From contig JBHPCH010000001.1 of NCBI GenBank assembly GCA_042576125.1, positions 1 through 63,856 on the forward strand: a stretch of DNA of 63,856 bases, given 5' to 3'. Below, piece after piece: positions 1-9,727 of this stretch. Within the stretch, counting starts at the first letter, position 1, and the number at the start of each line of letters is the position of its first letter. The notes below the pieces were generated by a model. That model did no database searches, was not told the DNA's origin, and saw nothing but the letters and a program-made list of their open reading frames with translations. Source of the DNA: Thermodesulfobacteriota bacterium (lineage in GTDB: Bacteria > Desulfobacterota > Desulfobulbia > Desulfobulbales > BM004). A program made the position numbers and the translations under genes.

Positions 1-1138
<1,138 letters not shown>

Positions 1139-1210
1139 CTATCTCCTCATATCCAATTTTTTCGATTGGTAATTATTAAAACAGGTTAGAATTGTATCAA
1201 GAAAGATCTA

Positions 1211-1501
1211 CTATCCTTCAACAACGGCAAGAATATCATCCTCACGCATAATGAGATGGTCTACGCCGTCAAACTTGACATCTGTACCGCCATATTTACT
1301 GAATAAGACCCTATCGCCAACCTTAACATCTATTTCTATGCGCTCGCCTTTATCATTAAGCTTGCCTTTGCCAATGGCAATTACTTCACCCTCAGCTGGT
1401 TTTTCCTTAGCAGAGTCTGGAATAATAATACCGCCTTTGGTTGTTTCCTCTTCTTCCAAACGCTTGACCAGAATTCGGTCATTCAGTGGACGAACTTTCA
1501 T
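1211..1501 (-). CDS. groES: Co-chaperonin GroES (Cpn10)
   Basis: 96 aa, [35 protein letters not shown]..., a typical Cpn10 sequence. It lies directly upstream of groEL and has a GGAGGAG Shine-Dalgarno. Confidence 0.95.
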   Translation of the reverse strand: MKVRPLNDRILVKRLEEEETTKGGIIIPDSAKEKPAEGEVIAIGKGKLNDKGERIEIDVKVGDRVLFSKYGGTDVKFDGVDHLIMREDDILAVVEG

Positions 1502-1694
1502 TTTTCTCCTCCATATACTTGTTAGTTTGCACTTTTAATTTTGTCCGATTAAGCAGGTTGTGCTCAATCTTCAAGAACAAGACAGTTATAATTTAACTAA
1601 TACCCTGAAAAACAAGGTTATTTTGGCATAAAAGCCGGGATGGTGGAACTATAGGCATGATATTTGAAAAATCAAGAGAGGATCTAAAAAAAAA

Positions 1695-2762
1695 TTATAC
1701 TTCTACCACCCAGTCATAGGGGTCTTTCTGGTATCCATTCTGAATGGCCTGCAGTTCGTCGAATAATTTCTGGGCAAGTTCCCCTGTTTTTCCTTTATTT
1801 ATGGAGCAGACCTGGTCTTTGTAATTAATCTCACCAACCGGTGAAATTACTGCAGCTGTACCAGTACCGAAAACTTCCTGCAGGCTTCCGTTTTCATTGG
1901 CGGCAAGAACATCATCAATGGATATCCTTTTTTCAGAAACCTTAAGGCCCCAGTCTTTGGTCAGGCGAAGAACTGAATCCCTTGTGATTCCAGGCAGAAT
2001 ACTTCCCGAGAGTGGAGGAGTAATAAGCTCATCACCTATAAGGAAAAAAATATTCATGGTGCCAACTTCTTCTATGTACCGGCGCTCAATGGCATCAAGC
2101 CAGAGGACCTGGGTATAGCCGAGCTTTTGGGCTTCAACAGCAGCCATGATGCTGGCGGCATAATTGCCACCTGTCTTGACATTACCGACTCCACCGGCAA
2201 CAGCACGGACATACTTGTCGGTAACAAATATTTTTACCGGGTTGAAGCCTTCAGGGTAATAAGCCCCAACCGGACAATTAATAATAAAAAATATATATTG
2301 CCTGGCCGGCCTGACCCCAAGTCCTGCCTCGGAAGCAACCATAGTCGGCCTGATATAGAGAGTTGCTCCGTCGGCTTTGGGGACCCAGTCCTTATCCAGG
2401 GCAATCAGTTTTTTTAAACCGGTGTAAACATCATCTGCCGGGATTTCAGGCATGCACATCCTGGCTGCAGAGACATTCATTCTTTTCAGATTATCTTTCG
2501 GCCTGAACAGCAGGATTTTATTATCTTTGCCGCGATATGCTTTAAGGCCTTCAAAAATTTCCTGTCCGTAGTGCAGGACCATGGCAGCAGGATCAAGTGA
2601 AAAGTTGCCGTAGGGTTTTATCACAGCATCATGCCAGCCCATTTCTTCGTCATACTTCATGACGAACATGTGATCTGTCATATGCTGCCCAAACCCTAAA
2701 GAATTTTCATCCGGCTTCGCCTTGAGAAGGTCGGAAGCCGCTTTTTCGACCCGGATATCCAT
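1695..2762 (-). CDS. ilvE: Branched-chain amino acid aminotransferase (class IV PLP enzyme)
   Basis: 355 aa with length and motifs typical of long-form IlvE (FEGLKAYR, TGGNYAAS, EVGTMNIFF, PGITRDS). Confidence 0.85.
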   Translation of the reverse strand: MDIRVEKAASDLLKAKPDENSLGFGQHMTDHMFVMKYDEEMGWHDAVIKPYGNFSLDPAAMVLHYGQEIFEGLKAYRGKDNKILLFRPKDNLKRMNVSAARMCMPEIPADDVYTGLKKLIALDKDWVPKADGATLYIRPTMVASEAGLGVRPARQYIFFIINCPVGAYYPEGFNPVKIFVTDKYVRAVAGGVGNVKTGGNYAASIMAAVEAQKLGYTQVLWLDAIERRYIEEVGTMNIFFLIGDELITPPLSGSILPGITRDSVLRLTKDWGLKVSEKRISIDDVLAANENGSLQEVFGTGTAAVISPVGEINYKDQVCSINKGKTGELAQKLFDELQAIQNGYQKDPYDWVVEV

Positions 2763-3039
2763 GCTGAACTACTCCTTCCAATAAGCTTCTTTTTTGCTTT
2801 TCCTTTTTAGTACAGTATATTAGAAGATAAATGATATGTATTCTTTTTAAAAAAATGAAATATAGCCTATACCCCCAACCTCATGAAAATGCAACCGTAT
2901 ATAGTGTTTTCTTTGCAGGGGGTTAAAAAAGTGTGAAATTGTGAGTGAATATTTTGGCAGGATAAGTAAAAATTATTGTGAGATTGTTTCAGTTGGTATG
3001 AGAAAAAGGGCGGAGTTTTAAACAGCAAGGATCAGAGAT

Positions 3040-4143
3040 ATGGAAGAAAAACCTGCAAACAAGTCCGCAAAAACATTCAGTCCAATGGTGTTCAGGTATT
3101 TTCTTCTCCTCTTTTTACTATCTTTTCTGCTGCTTGGCAATCTTCTCTGGCCCTTCTTTTCTATCCTGATCCTGTCATTTCTTTTGTCCGGACTTTTTCA
3201 GCCTGTTTTTAAGCTTTTCCATTTGCGGTTTAAATTCTCTGAAGAATTTTCTTCTCTTGTTACCTGTTTTTTTATAGTTGTTCTCGTATTTGTGCCGCTC
3301 ATGATATTTGTTATTGCTCTGTCTAGGGAAGTGTTGGGGCTTTACCCCCTGATAAAAGGGAAAAATCTGGCCCTTATGCTGCAGCAGCTGCTGGAAGAGA
3401 ACCAGACGGTTGTGAGGTTGAAGGATATTTTGGCCGGATTTGGAATTGATCTGCATCCGGAAAGGATTTCAGCGACCCTTTCTGAGTTTGGGAAAGTGGC
3501 TGGACTCTTTCTTTATAACCAGGCAAGTTACTGGGCTGCAAATATTATGAACTTTGTTTTCAGTTTTTTCATGATGGTTATTGTTATTTTTTTCTTTTTG
3601 ATAGATCAGGAACGTTTTATTTCCTATATCCTTGAGCTTTCTCCTCTCCCGGACCAGCAGGAGCGGCAATTGTTTAAAAAATTTGAGGAAATTGCCAAGG
3701 CTGTTCTGGTTGGCAATGGTCTTTGCGGTCTGCTCCAGGGTTTTTTAGGTGGGGCGCTTTTTATGTTTATCGGAATTGATTCGCCCATATTATGGGGTGG
3801 TGTTATGTCGATTCTGGCATTTTTACCTGTTTTCGGTATCGGTCTAGTCCTGGTGCCAACCTCAGTTATCTTTTTTTTAAAAGGGCATGCAGGTGCAGCA
3901 ATTATGATACTTATTTTTTATGCGACGCTTTCATTTTCCGTTGAGTACATCCTTAAGCCCTGGATAGTAGGCGAGCGGGTCAAAATGCATACCCTGCTCG
4001 TTTTTTTATCAATTCTAGGGGGGTTAAGTGTTTATGGTATTTTAGGGATTATTTACGGCCCCCTGATTGTTACAGCGTTTCTATCCTTTGCGGATATTTA
4101 CCGAAGAAATTACAGTGAATATGTAAGGTCAACCAAGTGCTAG
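3040..4143 (+). CDS. AI-2E family transporter (PerM/UPF0118-like membrane protein)
   Basis: 367 aa and very hydrophobic, with multiple predicted TM segments. The C-terminal half resembles the PerM/YhhT family (GLLQGFLGG, ILAFLPVFG, KPWIVGERV). Confidence 0.7.
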   Translation: MEEKPANKSAKTFSPMVFRYFLLLFLLSFLLLGNLLWPFFSILILSFLLSGLFQPVFKLFHLRFKFSEEFSSLVTCFFIVVLVFVPLMIFVIALSREVLGLYPLIKGKNLALMLQQLLEENQTVVRLKDILAGFGIDLHPERISATLSEFGKVAGLFLYNQASYWAANIMNFVFSFFMMVIVIFFFLIDQERFISYILELSPLPDQQERQLFKKFEEIAKAVLVGNGLCGLLQGFLGGALFMFIGIDSPILWGGVMSILAFLPVFGIGLVLVPTSVIFFLKGHAGAAIMILIFYATLSFSVEYILKPWIVGERVKMHTLLVFLSILGGLSVYGILGIIYGPLIVTAFLSFADIYRRNYSEYVRSTKC

Positions 4144-4181
4144 ACAATTTTTTTGTTATATTTGCAGGGTCTGCAACAAAA

Positions 4182-4216
4182 AAGCCCGATCATAACTGAT
4201 CGGGCTTTGGGTTTTC
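4182..4216. terminator. Bidirectional intrinsic terminator between the AI-2E gene and tRNA-Asn
   Basis: Stem AAGCCCGATC / GATCGGGCTT with a 6-nt loop, an A-run upstream and a T-rich tract downstream. It could serve both convergent transcripts. Confidence 0.6.
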
Positions 4217-4292
4217 TGGCTCCCCCGGACGGACTCGAACCATCGACAAGGTGGTTAACAGCCACCTGCTCTACCAACTGAGCTACAGGGGA
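4217..4292 (-). tRNA. tRNA-Asn (anticodon GTT)
   Basis: The reverse complement reads TCCCCTGTAGCTCAGTTGGTAGAGCAGGTGGCTGTTAACCACCTTGTCGATGGTTCGAGTCCGTCCGGGGGAGCCA. It folds as a cloverleaf with anticodon loop CTGTTAA, a TTCGAGT T-loop and an encoded CCA. Confidence 0.9.
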
Positions 4293-4449
4293 ACAATATT
4301 TGAATCGGGTTGTATAGTATATAAATATTAGTTCGTCAATACCTTAGCAGCAAAGAAATCTAATTCTTTTCCCACTCAACTTCAACCTTTTTCCTTGACG
4401 AAAAAGAGTCTCAAATGGTAGGTAAGGGCTTCAATTCCCAGAAACGGAT

Positions 4450-4527
4450 CGGGGCGTAGCGCAGCCTGGTTAGCGCGCCTGCCTTGGGAGCAGGAGGTCG
4501 CAGGTTCAAATCCTGCCGCCCCGACCA
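4450..4527 (+). tRNA. tRNA-Pro (anticodon TGG)
   Basis: CGGGGCGTAGCGCAGCCTGGTTAGCGCGCCTGCCTTGGGAGCAGGAGGTCGCAGGTTCAAATCCTGCCGCCCCGACCA. Acceptor stem CGGGGCG/CGCCCCG, anticodon loop CTTGGGA, encoded CCA. Confidence 0.9.
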
Positions 4528-4564
4528 TGTTGTAAGAAGTTTTTCAGAAAAATTTCGTGAATAT

Positions 4565-4603
4565 AAAAAAGCCCCGGCTGCTGATGCTGCCGGGGCTTTT
4601 TTA
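4565..4603. terminator. Bidirectional intrinsic terminator (tRNA-Pro / outer-membrane protein gene)
   Basis: AAAAAAGCCCCGGC-(loop)-GCCGGGGCTTTTTT: a GC-rich 9-bp stem flanked by an A-run and a T-run. Confidence 0.65.
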
Positions 4604-4627
4604 TTATCCTGTATAACTCGATTATTA

Positions 4628-5872
4628 TTAAAACCTGTACTCAACACCAAGAGCCAGGAAGTAAATCTTTTTTTCATATTCAACAGGTATAAATGTTGTT
4701 GGCGACGTAAACTGGGGAAAAGAATCATCCTCGTAGAAAACATAACCCAAAGACAGGTTGGTGTGAAATTTTTCATTAAATGCATAGGCAATGCCAAAGC
4801 CGATGGTATCTGCATCAAGCTCCGGGTTTTCAGACAGCATATTTTCAGGATCAATGCCTGTTTCGGTTCTCAGATAGCCAATGGAGCCAAGGAGCGTATC
4901 ATTAAAGTGGTATTCAAGGGCAATACCCAGGTCATATCCATCATTAACAAGATTTTCATCCCCGGCCCAGTCTGCATGAGTATTTAAGTACTGGGTGTAA
5001 TTTGTCTCAAGCCGTAATTTGGGGGTGAGCCAGTAGGAAACACCAAGTGCAAAAAGGCCTGGCAGGTCCCGTGGCGGAGAGGTCCCGTCAATGTAGTCAA
5101 AGTAAGGCGTAAGACCTCCTGGAGGAAGATAAGTAGCAGTATCAGTAGTAACCTTTGTGTCTAAATTCAGACTCGTTTTTGATTCAAAACGCATACCGAT
5201 ATTCATTTTATCATTGGGTGCTATATTGATCCCGAAAATGGCACCCCAGCCATCGCCGTCCTGCTCGAAAGCAACCTGCTCAGGACTGATAGTAGTAGTT
5301 ACAGAACCATCCAGTTCTAAATGTGCATCCACATATCTCAATCCCACAGAAATGGAGAACATGTCATTAATTTCGTAGGCACCGCCAAGGGTGTACCCTA
5401 AATAGAAGCTTTCAGCTTCAAGTTGAGCACTTATTAGATTACCAGGGGCTCCTGTTAAAATAATAGAAGCTAGCACTGTTTTATAGTTACCCTGACTGAA
5501 GTCAACTTTGCCGCCGCCGCCAACCACGGACACGGAACCGAAAAGTGACCATTTATCTCTGTTATAGACGCCGAAGACTCCCGGAACAACAGAACCTTCA
5601 TCTGACTCAAAAGATGTACCGGAAAGGACGTTGGTATATTTTTTCCCAAGGTACTGGGCAGAACCGTTAATAATAAAACCGTCCTGAAGCTTTACCGTTC
5701 CTGCCGGGTTATAGACGGCAATGTCGGCATAATCCGTTGCCGCATTCCGGTTTAATGTCCTGATATATTCAGCACTCCAGTTCGTTTTATTATCAATTGC
5801 ACCTCCATATACAACTGATACAAAGGCAAAAGATAAAAGCAGTCCCCCTGCACATGTAAAAACTCTTTTCAT
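4628..5872 (-). CDS. Outer-membrane beta-barrel protein, FadL/OmpP1/TodX-like transport family
   Basis: Signal peptide MKRVFTCAGGLLLSFAFVSVVYG, an N-terminal NPAG motif (VYNPAGTV), an alternating beta-strand pattern and a C-terminal aromatic residue (...GVEYRF). Confidence 0.6.
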   Translation of the reverse strand: MKRVFTCAGGLLLSFAFVSVVYGGAIDNKTNWSAEYIRTLNRNAATDYADIAVYNPAGTVKLQDGFIINGSAQYLGKKYTNVLSGTSFESDEGSVVPGVFGVYNRDKWSLFGSVSVVGGGGKVDFSQGNYKTVLASIILTGAPGNLISAQLEAESFYLGYTLGGAYEINDMFSISVGLRYVDAHLELDGSVTTTISPEQVAFEQDGDGWGAIFGINIAPNDKMNIGMRFESKTSLNLDTKVTTDTATYLPPGGLTPYFDYIDGTSPPRDLPGLFALGVSYWLTPKLRLETNYTQYLNTHADWAGDENLVNDGYDLGIALEYHFNDTLLGSIGYLRTETGIDPENMLSENPELDADTIGFGIAYAFNEKFHTNLSLGYVFYEDDSFPQFTSPTTFIPVEYEKKIYFLALGVEYRF

Positions 5873-6101
5873 ACTCTCTCCTCCTTGAGGTTCTTCTTTT
5901 TCTCAGTGTAAAAAAGTGATACCCGATATTTACCTGACATGAAAATATTTTAACCCAACGATTCAGTTTCTAACTAATATTTGACCCCATTGTCAATCTA
6001 ATTTCTTGAATTAATTGGATTTTTATACATTTTGCATACAGGAATACCTGGAATACAAATAAAGGTAATATTTTAGGGAAAGTTGCTGATTATTCTGTAA
6101 A

Positions 6102-9100
6102 TCAAACTGGTTCTGCCTGCAATAGGTCAATAATTTCATTTGCAGCATGGAAAATAGCCTGGGGAGAGTGGGTCACTTTGCTTGCAAGAGGGACAATGAG
6201 TTTGGCATCGGGTGTAAAGCGGATAGTGTTTTTAGCTTTTTCGATGAGGAAAAGGATTTTTTCCGGTCCAATGGGTGTTTTTTCATGAAAGGAAAAAATG
6301 AGCATATCCTTGCCCTGCTCCAGTTTGGTGATCATGATCTCTTTCATTTTTATTTTCAGGGCCATCATATCAAAAAGATTTTGTATTTCCCGGGTCAGAG
6401 TGCCGTACCTGTCCTGCAACTCATCTATAAGGTCTGCCAACTGTTCAGTATCTGTTATTCCTGCTATTTTTCGGTATGCGATATACCGCTGCGGTGTATC
6501 TGCAATATACTTTTCAGAGATATAGGCTGAAATCTGCAGGTTGATTTCCGGATCGACCTCTTCAGTGATTTCCTGGTTGTCAGCCTGCCGTTTTAAGTCA
6601 GAGACAGTATTTTGCAGGAGTTCCAGGTACAGGTCATAACCGACAGCCGCAATATGACCACTTTGAGATATACCAAGAATATTGCCTCCCCCGCGTATCT
6701 GCAGGTCACTCATGGCAAGCTTGAAGCCGCCGCCCAACTCAGAATGGTCCAGAAGGGCGCGTAAGCGCTCCTTCGCCTCTTTTGCCAGGCCATCCAGGCT
6801 TGGAACCAGCAGGTATGCATATGATTGCTCACTACTTCTGCCTACCCGACCGCGCAGTTGATGTATTTCAGCCAATCCCAACCTGTCAGCCCTGGTGATG
6901 ATAATGGTGTTTGCGCTTGATATATCCAGACCGGACTCGATTATCGTGGTGCAGACCAGGACATCTATTTCCTTGTTGACAAAATCGACCATGATTTCCT
7001 CAAGCTGCTTACCCGGCATCTGGCCGTGAGCCACTGCAATTCTTGCCTGAGGTGCAAGTTTCCTTACCTTGCGTGCCATTTCCTCGATAGACCGCACCCT
7101 GTTATGTACCAGAAAGGTCTGGCCGCCCCGCTGCAACTCACGGGTAATTGCCTCCTTAATGACCAACTCGTCAAATCTGGCAACAAAGGTTTTTATAGGG
7201 CGTCGTTGTTCAGGGGGTGTGTTAATCACTGAGAGGTCCCTGATACCTAAAAGAGAGAGCTGCAATGTTCTGGGAATAGGAGTGGCACTGAGAGTGAGGA
7301 CGTTTACTTCCGCTTTGAAACGTTTAATCTTTTCCTTATGACTGACACCGAATCTGTGTTCTTCATCAATAATAAGAAGTCCAAGGTTTTTCAGTTGCAC
7401 ATCCTTTGAAAGAAGCCGGTGGGTACCTATAAGCATATCTATCTTGCCGGTTTTAAGGTCGGTGAGGATTTTTTTCTGCTCTGCCTTTGATCGAAACCGG
7501 TTTATGCTTTCAATATTTACCGGGAAACCCGCAAAACGTTCCTGAAAAGTTTTTGCATGCTGCTCTGCCAAAACAGTGGTCGGCACCAGCATGGCAACCT
7601 GAAAGCCGTCCTCGATAGTCTTGAAGGCGGCACGTACTGCCACCTCTGTTTTTCCATATCCCACATCACCACAGACAAGTCTGTCCATTATCTGCTCAGA
7701 TGTAAGGTCATCAATAACCTGGTTTATAGCTTTCTGCTGCCCCGATGTTTCCTCAAATGAAAACGACTCTTCCAGCTCATGAAAAAGTTCACCAGGTTGT
7801 GACAGTGCACATCCCTTCTGAAGTTCTCTTTTGGCGTAAAGCTTTAAAAGATCCTGGGCGACCTGCCAGACTGATTCCTTTATTTTCTTTTTTGTCTGCA
7901 ACCACGTTTGAGATCCCAGTTTGTCAAGCTTCGGCTTTTTGTCCGAGATTCCTTTGTATTTACTTATGGAATTTAGCCTGTCTACCGGTACATACAACTT
8001 GTCTGCTCCCTGGTAGTGTATCTCGATAAAATCGTTGGTAATATCTTTAAGTGTCAAGGTGACCAACCCTTGATATGCGCCTAAGCCGTGTTCTCTATGC
8101 ACAACAATGTCGTCCTGATTGAGTTCATCGAAACGGATGATTTCTTCACCGGCCGGCCTTCTTTTTTTTCTGGGTCCGAGGCGACGTTCGCCGAAGAGTT
8201 CACTTTCGGAAAGGACATGTATTTGCACGTCAGGATCCAGGCGCAGGTCAAAACCGGCTGAAAGAGGCTGGTCAAGCAACAGCACTGCAGAAGAGCCAGG
8301 TTGCTTAAAGGAATCCTGTTCCAGGGGAATTGTTGCGGTTCGACTTGGAATATCATAATGGCTTAACAACTCCTTAAGATGGAGAGCATGACGCGGCGAG
8401 CGACAGGCCATGATGACCCTTTCATCCCTGGCGAGCCATTTCTTAAGCAGATTGGCCAGAGGCAGGAGAATTCCCTGTTGTTTCCTTTGCAGGTCAATTT
8501 CCTGTTTTAGCAGAAGGTGGTTTTGGGAGGAAAACTCGATGTTTTTTGCAGTGCTCTTTTTCTCTTCAAGAAAATCGAGAACCTTTACCTGGGTAAACTT
8601 GTCAATTTTTTCAGAAAACAAGGCAGGTGAAACAAAAACCGTATCCGGTTGCAGTGCAGGTGTATTCGAGGAGACCGACGCATTGTAATTCGCCTCAATT
8701 CGTTCCCAGGCCAGTTCAATTGAGCGGTTGGTTTCAACTGCATCCGAGAAAACAGCAATAGTGTTTTCAGCGAGGTAGTGCAAAGGACAAGGACAGCCAT
8801 GCTCTGTGTCATAAAAGAGAGGCAGAAAAAATTCAATGCCTGGAAATCTTCTACCACTGCTTATTTTATCCAGGAGTGCATCAACTGTATCAAAAGGCCA
8901 GTTGAGTTTTTTTGCTTCATTTTGAAAACGATACTGAAGAGCGGCATAGTCTGCGGATTCAACCCGGGGAAACAGGATGTTACTTGCGGGAAGAATAATG
9001 GCTTCATCTATCTCTTGAATAGACCGTTGCGAAATCGGATTAAAAGTTCTGAGCGATTCAATGGTGTCACCGAAAAAATCAAGCCGTACGGGGGCCTCGT

Positions 9101-9623
9101 ATCCGGGTGGAAAGATATCGACAATCCCGCCACGAACTGAAAAATCACCTATGGTTTGTACGAGGGAAAGATGTTCATAACCCAAACCAGTCAGGCCCCG
9201 AACTAAACGTTCCTGCTCAACATCCTCACCAGTGATAATGAGTTCTGCCAAAGACCCCAGGATATTCTTGGGCATAATCCTGCGGAGCAGTGATTCACAT
9301 GACGCCACGAGGATCAGGGGTGTATCGTCTGTAAGGAGGCGGTATAGAGTATGCAGCCTTTCTGCGACAGTAGTCTGATCTGGAGAAAGCGGGGTATACG
9401 GCGGAATGTCAAATCCAGGGTACTGGATGACCGGCAATCCTGAAAACAAACTGATATCCTGTACAGCACGCTCAGCCAGACGTTCTGACGGGGTTATGTA
9501 AAGCAGGGGTCTTTGTGTTTTTTCAGCAAGCAGGGCAGTTATTACTGTTTTGCTGCTGCCTTGTAGTCCGGCAAGATTGATACACTTTTGGCCGGTTGCC
9601 AATAAACCTGAAAGTTCATCCAT
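6102..9623 (-). CDS. mfd: Transcription-repair coupling factor Mfd
   Basis: 1173 aa with a UvrB-homology N-terminus, a CarD-like segment (VVHREHGLG), and superfamily-2 helicase motifs (GDVGYGKTEVA, DEEHRFGV, LSATPIPRT, QLRGRVGR). Confidence 0.95.
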   Translation of the reverse strand: MDELSGLLATGQKCINLAGLQGSSKTVITALLAEKTQRPLLYITPSERLAERAVQDISLFSGLPVIQYPGFDIPPYTPLSPDQTTVAERLHTLYRLLTDDTPLILVASCESLLRRIMPKNILGSLAELIITGEDVEQERLVRGLTGLGYEHLSLVQTIGDFSVRGGIVDIFPPGYEAPVRLDFFGDTIESLRTFNPISQRSIQEIDEAIILPASNILFPRVESADYAALQYRFQNEAKKLNWPFDTVDALLDKISSGRRFPGIEFFLPLFYDTEHGCPCPLHYLAENTIAVFSDAVETNRSIELAWERIEANYNASVSSNTPALQPDTVFVSPALFSEKIDKFTQVKVLDFLEEKKSTAKNIEFSSQNHLLLKQEIDLQRKQQGILLPLANLLKKWLARDERVIMACRSPRHALHLKELLSHYDIPSRTATIPLEQDSFKQPGSSAVLLLDQPLSAGFDLRLDPDVQIHVLSESELFGERRLGPRKKRRPAGEEIIRFDELNQDDIVVHREHGLGAYQGLVTLTLKDITNDFIEIHYQGADKLYVPVDRLNSISKYKGISDKKPKLDKLGSQTWLQTKKKIKESVWQVAQDLLKLYAKRELQKGCALSQPGELFHELEESFSFEETSGQQKAINQVIDDLTSEQIMDRLVCGDVGYGKTEVAVRAAFKTIEDGFQVAMLVPTTVLAEQHAKTFQERFAGFPVNIESINRFRSKAEQKKILTDLKTGKIDMLIGTHRLLSKDVQLKNLGLLIIDEEHRFGVSHKEKIKRFKAEVNVLTLSATPIPRTLQLSLLGIRDLSVINTPPEQRRPIKTFVARFDELVIKEAITRELQRGGQTFLVHNRVRSIEEMARKVRKLAPQARIAVAHGQMPGKQLEEIMVDFVNKEIDVLVCTTIIESGLDISSANTIIITRADRLGLAEIHQLRGRVGRSSEQSYAYLLVPSLDGLAKEAKERLRALLDHSELGGGFKLAMSDLQIRGGGNILGISQSGHIAAVGYDLYLELLQNTVSDLKRQADNQEITEEVDPEINLQISAYISEKYIADTPQRYIAYRKIAGITDTEQLADLIDELQDRYGTLTREIQNLFDMMALKIKMKEIMITKLEQGKDMLIFSFHEKTPIGPEKILFLIEKAKNTIRFTPDAKLIVPLASKVTHSPQAIFHAANEIIDLLQAEPV

Positions 9624-9727
9624 CTGGAATGTAATTATGCGGTGTCAGCAACAATAAAAGCGAAAAAGCCCTGATGCTAAATACATGATTCAATATTCAC
9701 TCAACAAAAAAAATAATGAATCATACT

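Noticed and set aside
1502-1694. Search for a CIRCE (TTAGCACTC-N9-GAGTGCTAA) or sigma32 promoter upstream of groES
   Set aside because: There are only weak partial matches: TTGAGCAC / GTGCAAACTAA without proper spacing, and CTTGAAG-N14-GCTTAATC. This is not enough to call.
6030-6051. Sigma54-like GG-N10-GC element (minus strand CCAGGTATTCCTGTATGCAAAA) upstream of the FadL-like gene
   Set aside because: The GG-to-GC spacing is one nucleotide too long, and the flanking bases do not fit TGGCAC/TTGCA.
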